Origin: a virus
Lineage: Duplodnaviria; Caudoviricetes
DNA length: 64,000 nt
Virus record (IMG/VR): IMGVR_UViG_3300021431_000079
Span: 64,001-128,000 of that record
Reading direction: 5' to 3' (one strand)
This document shows, in pieces, positions 53,912 through 63,848 of this stretch. Under the pieces are notes generated by a model. It had not been told where the DNA came from, did not search any database, and saw only the letters and a program-made list of their open reading frames with translations. The translations under genes were made by a program, and so were the position numbers. Position 1 is the first letter of the stretch, and the number at the start of each line of letters is the position of its first letter.

Positions 53912-54091
53912 ATGGAAGAAACTGACGAAAGAGATCATATTACAAATGATGAGTTAATACTTTTAAGCGCACTAAATCATATGTGCGAATCTGGAAAAAT
54001 ATCACACAGCCTATTTACTTCTGTCCTTCGTGATTATAAATCAAAAGTTGACATATCTAAGTTCACATGCTATAATCATAATTACAAATGA
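53912..54091 (+). CDS. Small hypothetical protein upstream of the recombinase
   Basis: 59-aa ORF with GGGAGA RBS. Confidence 0.5.
   Translation: MEETDERDHITNDELILLSALNHMCESGKISHSLFTSVLRDYKSKVDISKFTCYNHNYK
54048..54076 (+). promoter_or_regulatory. Consensus sigma-A promoter for the serine recombinase
   Basis: TTGACA-17 bp-TATAAT with TG. Confidence 0.8.
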
Positions 54092-54103
54092 TTATAATTA
54101 TAT

Positions 54104-55939
54104 GTGAGGTTAGTTATGAGAGTAGAAAATAATCAACCAAGAAACATAGCTATATATGCACGAGTATCTACAGAACATGAGGCACAACTATATGCTCTTG
54201 ACAATCAAATAGACTGGTACGAAATCATACTACAGAGTCACCCCAATTGGAATATCATTCATAAATATATTGACAGGGGAATCACTGGAACATCTGCAAC
54301 AAAAAGACCACAATTCATGCAGATGATAAAAGATGCAGAGAGTAAAGAGTTTGATCTTATCATCACTCGTGAGGTTTCGAGGTTCGCAAGAAACACAGTT
54401 GACACATTACAGTACACCAGACAATTGAAAAAGATCGGAATAGAAGTCTATTTCGTTGAGGATAACATCTGGACATTTGATGCAGATGGTGAGTTGAGAC
54501 TAACTATTATGGCAACTCTCGCTCAAGATGAGAGTAGAAAAACATCACTGAGAGTTAAAGCAGGACAAAGGGCAAGTATGGAGAAAGGTGTGTTCTTTCA
54601 GAACGGAAGCATACTTGGATACGATAAAATAGGTAACAACATGGTAATAAACCCAGAACAATCTGCTACTGTCAAATTGATATTTGATCGGTATAATTCA
54701 GGGATGGGTGTTCGTAAAATTCAATGGGAGCTTGAATCACTTGGCAGAAAAACAGCCAAAGGTAGCACAAAGTGGACTGCTTCTGTAATATGCAGAATCT
54801 TGAAGAACAAATTCTATGCAGGATACATTGTGTGGTACAAGCAATTCGTTCCTGATTTTCTTGAACAGAAGAAGATCAATAACCACGGAGAGAAAGAGCA
54901 GTTTGAAGTTCTTGGAAGTCACGAGCCAATAGTATCTCTTGAAGATTGGGAGCTTGCTCAGAGAAGATTGGAGCAATCAAGTCAGATAGTCAACAAGGGT
55001 AGAAAGGTCGGTGCTAAACCTAAGACAGGGTTATGGACAAACAAGCTTAGATGTTCATGTGGTAGATCATTCAACAGAAAGATATGGCACAAGGATAAAA
55101 AAGATGGATCAATCCAATATGGATACCAATGTTACAGCAGTATAAAGTCTGGATCAGTTGCAACAAGAATAAATAAAGGCTTGCCACTTGATGGAATCTG
55201 TAAGAGTCCTGCGATCTCAGAGTGGAAGCTTGAAGCAATGGCACTATATATTTTCAAAGATTTTACCTTCAATAAAGATAGAATCATCCAACTTGGAATG
55301 CGTGAAATAGAAAAAGCATTAAGGTCTGTTAATAATAATGATAACAAAGAACAAATAAATAGTCTAAAAAATGAGCTTGACAAATACAATAAAAAGATAG
55401 ATAATCTAATCGAAATGCGCACAGATGGGGAGATCTCTAAAGAGCAATTCACCGCAAAGAAAAAGGACTTTGAAATCGAGATAAACAGAATAGAGAAAGA
55501 GATAGAATCAATAAGTGATAAGCAGGATGCCATTAAAGATATCCCACAGTTATTGAGTGAGTTCAAAGCAAATTTAACAAGCATGTTGAACGAGCCTATT
55601 GTGGATAAAGTGCCTGAGTATATTATTGATGCTATGGTTGAGTATATCTTGGTGGATGAGAATAAGTTCACTTGGAAGCTACGCTATCCATCTGATAAGT
55701 ATTATTTATCTATTGATGGTAGTAAAAAACAGCATACAGTGTCAGAAAGTCCATCTTTACGTCAATGCCTCACAGGCTGCAATACACGAAATGCGGAACA
55801 AGCAGTAAACAATATCTCATTTACAAACGATTCTATCCTCATCTTATTTGATAAAAAGATGGTACAGCAATATGGCAATCTCAAACCAACAGATAGAATC
55901 CACAGATGGTATGATATTGTGATCGAGATTATTTTTTAA
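54104..55939 (+). CDS. Large serine recombinase (probable integrase)
   Basis: YARVSTE, DRGITGT, SRFARN, recombinase domain, C.CG...C zinc ribbon, coiled coil; true start may be a few codons downstream. Confidence 0.92.
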   Translation: MRLVMRVENNQPRNIAIYARVSTEHEAQLYALDNQIDWYEIILQSHPNWNIIHKYIDRGITGTSATKRPQFMQMIKDAESKEFDLIITREVSRFARNTVDTLQYTRQLKKIGIEVYFVEDNIWTFDADGELRLTIMATLAQDESRKTSLRVKAGQRASMEKGVFFQNGSILGYDKIGNNMVINPEQSATVKLIFDRYNSGMGVRKIQWELESLGRKTAKGSTKWTASVICRILKNKFYAGYIVWYKQFVPDFLEQKKINNHGEKEQFEVLGSHEPIVSLEDWELAQRRLEQSSQIVNKGRKVGAKPKTGLWTNKLRCSCGRSFNRKIWHKDKKDGSIQYGYQCYSSIKSGSVATRINKGLPLDGICKSPAISEWKLEAMALYIFKDFTFNKDRIIQLGMREIEKALRSVNNNDNKEQINSLKNELDKYNKKIDNLIEMRTDGEISKEQFTAKKKDFEIEINRIEKEIESISDKQDAIKDIPQLLSEFKANLTSMLNEPIVDKVPEYIIDAMVEYILVDENKFTWKLRYPSDKYYLSIDGSKKQHTVSESPSLRQCLTGCNTRNAEQAVNNISFTNDSILILFDKKMVQQYGNLKPTDRIHRWYDIVIEIIF

Positions 55940-55968
55940 GCTATTTAATTGCCTACAGTTAAAGGGCG

Positions 55969-56013
55969 AAAAAAGCCGCTTCTGAGAGTTTATCTCAAAA
56001 GCGGCTTTTATTT
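55969..56013. terminator. Bidirectional terminator between convergent genes
   Basis: AAAAGCCGCTT...AAGCGGCTTTT. Confidence 0.85.
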
Positions 56014-56015
56014 AA

Positions 56016-57161
56016 TTACACTTTTCGAATATAATTCTTGTGAGCATATGCGATATGAAAATCAGTTCCATTTTCAATTCGAATTCTATCCCAATCTCCG
56101 ACAGTTCCAATTACTCTGACATAGTTACCATTCCCAAGCTTAGGAAATGGAGTGTAGATATTATTCGCAGTCTGCTCAGGAGTCTTTCTTACATTTAAGT
56201 AAGCTCCTGCATCATGTACAACACCAACATAATCACCAGTGGTTGGCATGATATAACTTGCATTTACATATCCACTAAACCTTTCAGCAATTACAATCTT
56301 ATACCACATCCTGTTGTTCGGTGCAAACTCCTCACCAATAATTCTTACCATGTTTCCATTACCAAGACGAGGCCAATCAGCGAGAAGAGCAGAAGATGGA
56401 TTCGGGGAAACTCTTACAGAAAGAGTATCACCGTTCACAAGTCTTACGACTTTACCTACCCACTGCTCATAACCCTTCTGAGGTTCAGGAGTTGGCTTCT
56501 TGTTGTTGTCAGAGAGAATATATGGAGCAGAAGAGTTAGAGAATATATAATCTCTGAATGTGTTCCAGAGTTCATTTCCAGTTCTTCCATAATACTTCAT
56601 AACCATATCAGAGAAGAATGGGAGAGGACACCACTTATGATAATTAAGATCATCAAGCCTTGGGTCTACGCTTTTACCATAAACATCAGCGTGTCTAATA
56701 ACTCTTTCCTTTGGAATATGATACTTCTCTACAAGATACTTGCCAAGCTCAATAGCATTGTTGATTGTACCCTGTTCAAAATAGCAATCATCCTCACGAC
56801 CAGTGAGCTGAGAAGCAGTTTTACCAGACAGACATTTAGGACACATCTCAATGCTAATAGAGTTTGAATTTCTGCACTCGGTGATATACACAGAGTTCTT
56901 CCATTTACCGACAGATCCCGCAATGTCCTTTTCTCTTGTTGACATCACAATTTCATTTTCATCTACAAAATAATGAGCGCCAACATGACCAGTGTTTCCA
57001 CTACGATAATAGTCTGCATTCGCAACAGCAGTAGCACCCTTAGATGTGTTTGCAGTCCAGTGATAAACCAGATACCTGATCTCACCACTCTCTGGTGTTC
57101 TATTGGCAGGAGTGTAATTATTGATATTGTTATTTACATAATTCATATTAATTGCTACCAT
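56016..57161 (-). CDS. Endolysin: N-acetylmuramoyl-L-alanine amidase (Amidase_2) + two SH3b domains
   Basis: YHWTAN, AHYFVD, SISIEMC, RHADV...KWCP; LSVR/LNVR repeats. Confidence 0.88.
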   Translation of the reverse strand: MVAINMNYVNNNINNYTPANRTPESGEIRYLVYHWTANTSKGATAVANADYYRSGNTGHVGAHYFVDENEIVMSTREKDIAGSVGKWKNSVYITECRNSNSISIEMCPKCLSGKTASQLTGREDDCYFEQGTINNAIELGKYLVEKYHIPKERVIRHADVYGKSVDPRLDDLNYHKWCPLPFFSDMVMKYYGRTGNELWNTFRDYIFSNSSAPYILSDNNKKPTPEPQKGYEQWVGKVVRLVNGDTLSVRVSPNPSSALLADWPRLGNGNMVRIIGEEFAPNNRMWYKIVIAERFSGYVNASYIMPTTGDYVGVVHDAGAYLNVRKTPEQTANNIYTPFPKLGNGNYVRVIGTVGDWDRIRIENGTDFHIAYAHKNYIRKV

Positions 57162-57181
57162 TTCATACCTCCTTATAAAAT

Positions 57182-57210
57182 AAAAAAGCAGTGCTATAAA
57201 ATAGCACTGC
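57182..57210 (-). terminator. Putative terminator
   Basis: GCAGTGCTA-TAAAA-TAGCACTGC with a T-tract on the minus strand. Confidence 0.6.
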
Positions 57211-57233
57211 CATGTTATAAATATTAGTAGTTG

Positions 57234-57734
57234 TTATTGTTGTTCTTCTGTTTGTTCTTCTGGTTTAGCCCCAATCAGATTATCTATAGCTTCTTTAACT
57301 GCAATGAACTTTGTAAATTCATCAAATGAAACTTTTGAGATTCCTATCTTAGAGATATCATCCCTGATAGAAGATAGTCGCTCAAGTATCTGTGGTATAC
57401 TGACTTCTGTATTTGTTTCTGAGTAAATGAGAGTTTGCTTCGGTACTCGATTAAGTTCTTCCTCTGACATATTCGCTACAATATCAGCAACTCTTTGAGC
57501 TTCTTGTTCACCTGCTTCAGTTAGACAATTATTCTTATCTTCATCAAGAGCAATAAAACCAAGTAACTTTTTGTTGTAAATAAATTGCGCTATCTTTTGT
57601 GTGGCTACTTCTCGTTGTAATTTTTGCTGTGTGAGCTTTCTCAGATCTCTTGTGTTTAAGTGTTGTTCCAAAAGAAGCTGATAAACAGCATTCGCAAAAA
57701 CCACATCACCAGTTCTCCCATTTACATTGTACAT
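57234..57734 (-). CDS. Hypothetical protein (possible winged helix) with its own promoter
   Basis: ORF; TTGACA-17 bp-TAATAT on the minus strand at 57821-57793. Confidence 0.6.
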   Translation of the reverse strand: MYNVNGRTGDVVFANAVYQLLLEQHLNTRDLRKLTQQKLQREVATQKIAQFIYNKKLLGFIALDEDKNNCLTEAGEQEAQRVADIVANMSEEELNRVPKQTLIYSETNTEVSIPQILERLSSIRDDISKIGISKVSFDEFTKFIAVKEAIDNLIGAKPEEQTEEQQ

Positions 57735-57873
57735 ATTTATATACCACCCTTCTAATAAATACATCGCAATTCATGCACATATGTATAAATGTATATTAAG
57801 TTATGAAAGATGGTTTGTCAAGTTTAAAAAGCATCAAAATGTTCACTTTTAATATTAATTAGAAATATTATTT

Positions 57874-58284
57874 TTATTTATTGACAGATAGTTTATTCTC
57901 TCGTACTGAAGCCTCGATCACAGAATCAATCCAAGCATTGAAGTCACCATATAATATAGATACAGCCTGTTTAGCTTCAGATGTAATCAGCGCAACAGCT
58001 TTATCAAGAGCCATTTGTTTTGCTGTTACCTGAGCTTCTTTATCAAATTTGCCTGCGCTTTTGAGACTATCAACATATGTCTGACAAACATCAAGAACAC
58101 AATTGTTTACAACATCAGTAGCATAATAAACATAGTCACGAAGTTTAGCATCTTCGATTTTCTCAGTTGCCGTAGCTATTACTGTGGTAATATACTTTAT
58201 AATATACCTTACAAGTATCGGCATAATAATTGTTAAACAAACATACAAAACATTCAAAAGCATTTCATTCCATTCAAATTTCAT
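57874..58284 (-). CDS. Holin, LL-H-like
   Basis: N-terminal transmembrane helix, QTYVDSLK, IEASV; lysis context. Confidence 0.7.
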   Translation of the reverse strand: MKFEWNEMLLNVLYVCLTIIMPILVRYIIKYITTVIATATEKIEDAKLRDYVYYATDVVNNCVLDVCQTYVDSLKSAGKFDKEAQVTAKQMALDKAVALITSEAKQAVSILYGDFNAWIDSVIEASVRENKLSVNK

Positions 58285-58288
58285 CTCT

Positions 58289-58681
58289 TTATCCCTCTCC
58301 ACCAATGTCATTTATTGTATTATCAACATCAAACTTAACATTATCTAATGATACATCAGACTCACACAAAGCACTTGACGTTACATCTTCCATGTAATTA
58401 ATCTGTTCAATTTCAAGTTGCTTCATTGCAGTGTCATAAGTAATACCGCCCTTTATATTTTGTGATCGAGCTTTCCAGTAGTATCCAAGAATAATAGGCA
58501 CTAATGTAACAGGAACACCAACAAGAGTATAAAGAGCATTACTATCACGCAGGATCAAAACAACTACTTGAGTATATATAAGTATCTCAATACAAATAAT
58601 AAATACAATCCAAAGAACTAATTTACTTGTCTCAAGTTTTTTCTTTGGCTGTTTGTTTTCTGTTTCTTTCTTTCCAAACAT
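58289..58681 (-). CDS. Holin-like membrane protein
   Basis: Two transmembrane helices, YYWKARSQN; lysis context. Confidence 0.6.
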   Translation of the reverse strand: MFGKKETENKQPKKKLETSKLVLWIVFIICIEILIYTQVVVLILRDSNALYTLVGVPVTLVPIILGYYWKARSQNIKGGITYDTAMKQLEIEQINYMEDVTSSALCESDVSLDNVKFDVDNTINDIGGEG

Positions 58682-58683
58682 AA

Positions 58684-59478
58684 TTATATCCTCTCCGTGA
58701 AATCCAGTGATATCCAACCATTACGTTTATCTGAATATGCTTTGAGCAGTCCCCATCCTTTATTAGAACCAAGACCATAACACTCTTCAACGATAGTATA
58801 TGATCCCTTTGGAATTGGATTTTCGTAATTCACATAGTTCGTTCCATGTCCCTTACGAATATTCAGATCGTCAATGTTCACACGCACCATATAATTCACA
58901 CGCTTACCTTCATACACACAAGTAAGAGATGGGAGAGCAGAGATATATACACCAGACTTTAATTTCCAGAATTTTCCATCTTGCGTTTTTTCTGCAACAG
59001 TATATTCACCACCCTTAAAAACAACACCGACAATGTTATCTTTAATCTCTGGTGTACTTCTTACGTTTACACCATCAGCACCATCGTATACAACAGTAAG
59101 TCTCAGTTCATGATTCCTCGGAATGCCAAAATAAAAAGAACCCCAAGGTTCTTTCCCATCTTTACCAAGATAAATATAATTGTCAGGAATCGGGCAAATA
59201 CCAGACTTAATCTTTGTCCAATCAGGATTACCATTTCCATCAGAGTATTTCTTGAAGCTTCTAAACTGTAATAACTGATACTCTGGGAATCTATGAACAC
59301 CATCCATAGCCATTTCTGCGGCCTTAATACTATCAGCAGAAGTGTAATTGACAGGAGTTGTAAAAGCACTTGCGTTAAAATTATTATCTACAATACATTG
59401 TCCAACAGCAAGCTTTCCCATGAAATCTAATACACCTGCTTCAGCCTCTATAATCTGAGCCATTTCATTTATTGTCAT
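58684..59478 (-). CDS. Cell-wall hydrolase (SleB/Hydrolase_2-like) with SH3b domains
   Basis: IEAEAG...GKLAVG; VNVR and LNIRKG...GWISL. Confidence 0.65.
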   Translation of the reverse strand: MTINEMAQIIEAEAGVLDFMGKLAVGQCIVDNNFNASAFTTPVNYTSADSIKAAEMAMDGVHRFPEYQLLQFRSFKKYSDGNGNPDWTKIKSGICPIPDNYIYLGKDGKEPWGSFYFGIPRNHELRLTVVYDGADGVNVRSTPEIKDNIVGVVFKGGEYTVAEKTQDGKFWKLKSGVYISALPSLTCVYEGKRVNYMVRVNIDDLNIRKGHGTNYVNYENPIPKGSYTIVEECYGLGSNKGWGLLKAYSDKRNGWISLDFTERI

Positions 59479-59502
59479 TTTAACATCACCTCCAAGAAAT
59501 GT

Positions 59503-61605
59503 TTAATAACCTCTCACTGTATTAAATTCAATAAATCCAGATAATCCATTTAGTGGTATTGCAGAATTACTTGCATTACTTAAAATAATATTCACACCCA
59601 ACTCAGTTACACCGCTTGAATCAACAGTGATAGCGTTAGAAGATTGAGTTGTAGTACCATTAACTGTTTTATAACTTGTTACGCCAGATACATATAATCC
59701 AGAGTTTGTTGGGCTATTTAAAGATACCGATATAGAATGTGTTCTTCCTGTGAGATCACTAATATCTGAACTACTTAAAACATAGGTATAGATATAGCTT
59801 CCATTTGCCGCAATACTATCCGTAATTGTTGTATCAGATGGAATAGTAACAACTGTTTTTCTTGGAATAACATATTTTGTATCTGTAACAGATACAGCCC
59901 ACTGTTCTTCATCGTTGGCATCAGTATAACAGCTTATTGTTAATACACTTGCAACAAAATTATATGCGCTATTATATTTTACGGATATGTATCTGGTCGC
60001 ACTAATTCCACCAGAAACATTATTATATGGTAAATATACAGTTGATTCTCCTGCATACATCGGACTCTCAAGTACAACATATTGTGGATAATATTTAAAC
60101 TTACCAATTTTGTTTTTAATATTTTCAAGATCACCTATTGTATAAGTTGTAGTTCCACCATAACTTACTTTACTTATCTTAATAGCTAATACGTTGGACG
60201 ATGTAGATGATGATGAAAGTAATACGCCTAACTGTATGGCACTCATGGTTACTTGATCTGATGTACCATAACCAAGTGTAAGACCACCAGATAAGTATTC
60301 ATTACCGCCCCAATCTAACATTCTCGCATTAGAGCGACTTGTATTTGCTGTACCATTTCCAACCATTTCAACATAAGTACCACGAGCACTCGCTGATGAT
60401 ACACTACTATTTAAGTCGTTATTATATTCGCCAAAAACACGAGCGGATCTTCCAGACGCAATTGTTCCTTGTCCCTCGGCATGAGACATATTACCAGATG
60501 CATTTGTATTATAACCTTCAGCGTGAGAATTTAAACCAGACGCTGTATTATAGTTTCCTTCAGCATGAGAATTCGCGCCAGACGCAGTAACATTAGACCC
60601 TTCAGCATGAGAAAAAACACCAGACGCTGTATTATATAATATATTGTTTGTTATTAGTCCATAGTCACCAGTTCCTTTTGCAATTCTATCTGAAAAATCA
60701 TCTATACCAAGCATTGTCTTAATAGCAGACTTCGCATCATTAGTATATGTTCCTATAGTATTACTTGATTGTGACTGGGTGGTGTCTCCTGCAGCTTTAG
60801 CAAGACCATAAAAAGCAGACTCATGTTGATGTGATGGGACAATTGATTTATTGCCCTCTGTTCCAGTTTTAATCTCACCCGATGAAGCAACACTTTGTGA
60901 TACCACACCATTACTAACGGATAAACCAGAGCCAACTTTCAGAATTCCAAAATTATTTTGTGTTGCATAATCTGTATTTTTTACATAGTTACTCAGATCA
61001 ATAGAATCTTCCACATCAGAAACAATCTCAGATTTATCTGTTGCAGTCCAATAATCAACACCTTTTACTGGTGTATAACCGTTCTGTCCGTTACTTCCTG
61101 CATCACCCTTATCACCCTTAGCCCCAGTATCTCCCTTGTCTCCTTTATCGCCCTTATCTCCTTTATCACCCTTCACGCCTTGAATGCCCTGAATACCTTG
61201 TGCTCCCGTATCACCCTTATCACCTTTGTCGCCTTTTGCACCTTGAGCACCCTGAGCGCCATCTTGTCCGTTTTCACCATCTTTACCATCATTTATTGTT
61301 GCAATTGCTACGCTGTCAACATAAACAGTTGTTACACCATTGCTTTTACTTGCTGTAATAACTGGTGTATAACCATCAGCACCTTTAAGAGGTTGGGTAT
61401 CATAACTTGAACCATCGGCAAGAGTTATTGTTAATGTGCCATCTTGGTTCTGCGAGATATTTGTAATCCCCATACCCGGAGAACCCTCTTTACCATCTTT
61501 ACCTCTTTCTCCGGGTTCTCCCTTTTCTCCTCGTGCTATAATTAATTTAGTAACAATGTTATTGTCAAAATCATAATTTATATTATTCATAATTATATTC
61601 TCCAA
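59503..61605 (-). CDS. Tail fibre / receptor-binding protein with collagen-like and YadA-head-like repeats
   Basis: GxY repeats (GDKGDKG), YTPVKGVDYWT, repeated SHAEG. Confidence 0.8.
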   Translation of the reverse strand: MENIIMNNINYDFDNNIVTKLIIARGEKGEPGERGKDGKEGSPGMGITNISQNQDGTLTITLADGSSYDTQPLKGADGYTPVITASKSNGVTTVYVDSVAIATINDGKDGENGQDGAQGAQGAKGDKGDKGDTGAQGIQGIQGVKGDKGDKGDKGDKGDTGAKGDKGDAGSNGQNGYTPVKGVDYWTATDKSEIVSDVEDSIDLSNYVKNTDYATQNNFGILKVGSGLSVSNGVVSQSVASSGEIKTGTEGNKSIVPSHQHESAFYGLAKAAGDTTQSQSSNTIGTYTNDAKSAIKTMLGIDDFSDRIAKGTGDYGLITNNILYNTASGVFSHAEGSNVTASGANSHAEGNYNTASGLNSHAEGYNTNASGNMSHAEGQGTIASGRSARVFGEYNNDLNSSVSSASARGTYVEMVGNGTANTSRSNARMLDWGGNEYLSGGLTLGYGTSDQVTMSAIQLGVLLSSSSTSSNVLAIKISKVSYGGTTTYTIGDLENIKNKIGKFKYYPQYVVLESPMYAGESTVYLPYNNVSGGISATRYISVKYNSAYNFVASVLTISCYTDANDEEQWAVSVTDTKYVIPRKTVVTIPSDTTITDSIAANGSYIYTYVLSSSDISDLTGRTHSISVSLNSPTNSGLYVSGVTSYKTVNGTTTQSSNAITVDSSGVTELGVNIILSNASNSAIPLNGLSGFIEFNTVRGY

Positions 61606-61656
61606 TCATTATCTTGCACATAAAGAATATAATATATTATAACATTAACATATTTA

Positions 61657-62646
61657 TTATGAGCAATATCTATAATAAGCGTTTTTAACGTTATCCTTTT
61701 CGATGTAAACATATTTCATTGTGGTGTCAATTTTGTCGTGACCCAAAATATAAGCCACATCCTGAATCGACATACCACGCTTAATTAAATTCGTTGCAAG
61801 TGTTCTTCTAAATCTATGCGGATGAACATTCACAACACCAACTTTTTCAGATAACTTTGTCAACATAAATCTAACTCCATGCTGAGTTAGTCTTTCTGAT
61901 CTCTTACCAATTCCAGAGAAGAGAGCTTCGCTATCATCCGTTCTACTTTCAAAATACTGCTTGAGATACATAGCCGTGATATCATCTATGTAAACAGTAC
62001 GCTCCTTATTCCCTTTACCAAGTACACGCACTTCAAGATTCTTGAAATCAACATCGCTTTTATTTAATCTTGTCACTTCACCGATTCTACATCCAGTAGA
62101 AATAAGAAAACAGACAAGCGCCTTATCTCTGATATTAATACAACCTTCTTTTAATTTCTCTATTTCAACACTGTCAAAAGGTAGTCTTTCTAACTTAGCA
62201 TACTTAATCCTACTTAGATTAATGCATGGATCAGTAGGGATAAGATTTTCTCTAAATAACCATCCGAAAAACGAGCACATGACACTTCTATATCCATTCA
62301 ACGTTCTATCAGATATTCCACGACTTTTTAATCCTGCTAAATAGTTTCTAATGTGATATACACTTATATCTCTGGTTGGAACATTGATCTTTTCATACAT
62401 CTTCTCAAGCACATAACGATAATGCCCCAATGTCTTTGAAGAACAACCTTCAATCTGCTTAGAGGAGATAAATGCATCCAATAAGTCTGCGCTATCATCA
62501 TTTTTAATTTCATCAATATTAACAGAACAGACAGAGAGATTATTCGCAACAACTTCCATCACCATAAACAGATCATCATATGACAACTTCGATATAAGAT
62601 CGTTTTTAATATTTTTAATTAAAACCTGCTTATCAGCAATTGACAT
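61657..62646 (-). CDS. Tyrosine recombinase (XerC/D-like, N-terminal SAM-like domain)
   Basis: STGCRIGE, GKGNKER, HPHRFRRT, LGH, catalytic Y in TMKY; GAGG RBS before ATG at 62646. Confidence 0.92.
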   Translation of the reverse strand: MSIADKQVLIKNIKNDLISKLSYDDLFMVMEVVANNLSVCSVNIDEIKNDDSADLLDAFISSKQIEGCSSKTLGHYRYVLEKMYEKINVPTRDISVYHIRNYLAGLKSRGISDRTLNGYRSVMCSFFGWLFRENLIPTDPCINLSRIKYAKLERLPFDSVEIEKLKEGCINIRDKALVCFLISTGCRIGEVTRLNKSDVDFKNLEVRVLGKGNKERTVYIDDITAMYLKQYFESRTDDSEALFSGIGKRSERLTQHGVRFMLTKLSEKVGVVNVHPHRFRRTLATNLIKRGMSIQDVAYILGHDKIDTTMKYVYIEKDNVKNAYYRYCS

Positions 62647-62692
62647 AGCATATACCTCACAATAACACACAAGCAACTATAATGTTATAGCA

Positions 62693-62721
62693 ATTATAAC
62701 ATGAGACAATATAAATGTCAA
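62693..62721 (-). promoter_or_regulatory. Consensus sigma-A promoter for the tyrosine recombinase
   Basis: TTGACA-17 bp-TATAAT with TG on the minus strand. Confidence 0.8.
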
Positions 62722-62764
62722 TTTAAATATAATGTAAGATATAAATAATAGCTAATAAAACAGT

Positions 62765-62803
62765 CAAAAATAGCCCCGCTCTATAATATAGAACAGGGCT
62801 ATT
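62765..62803 (-). terminator. Terminator upstream of the recombinase promoter
   Basis: AAATAGCCC...GGGCTATTT hairpin with T-tract on the minus strand. Confidence 0.7.
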
Positions 62804-62895
62804 TATTATTATATCGTATTCAGTTTTTATTCAATTTTTATTCGGTTTTTTATTTTAAGTACATTGTGTTGTGATGCGAAAAAGGCCGTTCATAT

Positions 62896-62914
62896 TACTT
62901 ACCAAAAGCGTCCT
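62896..62914. repeat. 19-bp direct repeat, copy 1
   Basis: TACTTACCAAAAGCGTCCT, identical at 63825-63843. Confidence 0.9.
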
Positions 62915-62928
62915 ACTAATGTTAGGTA

Positions 62929-63147
62929 TTATACACTATTAGTATCTACTGTCCTCTCCCGATGGAGATGCTCTTTGAACATTCGACAGTCACTTTGCAG
63001 GCAAGCTTTCTCGAACGGAGAGTCACAAGATGCAGAACCGTCAGAATTGTAATAAATGTGCTTACAATTGTCGCACGTTTCTATTCTGTGTTCTTTCCCG
63101 TGTTTCCGCTTACGTCTTTCCAACAGCCATCTTGTCACGATACTCAT
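62929..63147 (-). CDS. Small Cys-containing hypothetical protein
   Basis: TAAAAGGAG RBS before MSIVTRW. Confidence 0.6.
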   Translation of the reverse strand: MSIVTRWLLERRKRKHGKEHRIETCDNCKHIYYNSDGSASCDSPFEKACLQSDCRMFKEHLHRERTVDTNSV

Positions 63148-63165
63148 TAGCGCTCCTTTTACAAT

Positions 63166-63240
63166 TTGCGGCATAGCAGAATCGAACTGTCTATTATACG
63201 GTGTCACGCACTCGCTCTCTACCCTTGAGATAATGCCGCA
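63166..63240 (-). pseudogene. Pseudo-tRNA / tRNA-like element
   Basis: TGCGGCAT/ATGCCGCA stem, CTC-AAGGGTA-GAG D-arm, CAG-TTCGATT-CTG T-arm; abnormal anticodon arm. Confidence 0.55.
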
Positions 63241-63282
63241 GATTGTTTATGGTGTTTTAACATAAAGCCATAATAAACAGAT

Positions 63283-63456
63283 TTATACACTCATGTTATT
63301 TACTTTCGGTTTATAAAAATCACACCTTTCAGTAGAATAGTCATAGATATCATTATCTGTAAGCGCATATTCACTGAGACAATCCCTCGATTGAGGATAG
63401 CACTTCTTTTCATCTACATTACAATGTTTACATTCTATACACCTATATTTCTGCAT
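63283..63456 (-). CDS. Small Cys-rich protein, paralog of 53073-53249
   Basis: MQKYRCIECKHCNVDEKKCYPQSRDC...; GAGG RBS. Confidence 0.75.
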   Translation of the reverse strand: MQKYRCIECKHCNVDEKKCYPQSRDCLSEYALTDNDIYDYSTERCDFYKPKVNNMSV

Positions 63457-63593
63457 AAATAATCCTCATTTGCGTTCTATTATATGTAGGTATATTACAC
63501 CATTGATATATACATTCCTCTCCTGATACCGACTGTCCTACATTGACAACAGAGTGCCTACTTTGGTACACTAATGTCGAGGAGGTGATACGG

Positions 63594-63779
63594 ATGGGTA
63601 TCAATGGAGGCCGTAACATCCGGGGAGTTGAAGAGGAGGGTGGATATACCAAATTCAACATCACTCTCCCTCCGTCCCTGATCGAGCGTCTGGATAAGTA
63701 CATGAGGGAAGAAGAACGCAACCGCTCATGGACAATCCAAAAGGCACTCGATGCTTACCTAAGAGAGAAGGGCTATTAA
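63594..63779 (+). CDS. Ribbon-helix-helix (CopG-like) regulator with its own promoter and terminator
   Basis: KFNITLPPSLIERLDKY...RSWTIQKALDAYL; GGAGG RBS; TTGACA at 63543; hairpin spanning the stop. Confidence 0.8.
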   Translation: MGINGGRNIRGVEEEGGYTKFNITLPPSLIERLDKYMREEERNRSWTIQKALDAYLREKGY

Positions 63780-63824
63780 GCCCCTCTCTTTTTGTCTCCC
63801 CTGATAACCACCAGTAGTTATTGA

Positions 63825-63843
63825 TACTTACCAAAAGCGTCCT
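63825..63843. repeat. 19-bp direct repeat, copy 2
   Basis: Minus strand reads CTTAAAGGACGCTTTTGGTAAGTA right after a stop codon. Confidence 0.9.
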
Positions 63844-63848
63844 TTAAG

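Noticed and set aside
55750-55810. attP inside the 3' part of the serine recombinase gene
   Set aside because: Only short weak inverted repeats (GCCT/AGGC); cannot be supported without an integrated copy.
2519-62552. Long antisense ORFs (e.g. 2519-3259, 38700-39212, 55132-55671, 56214-56867, 60958-61410)
   Set aside because: Shadows of well-supported genes on the opposite strand.
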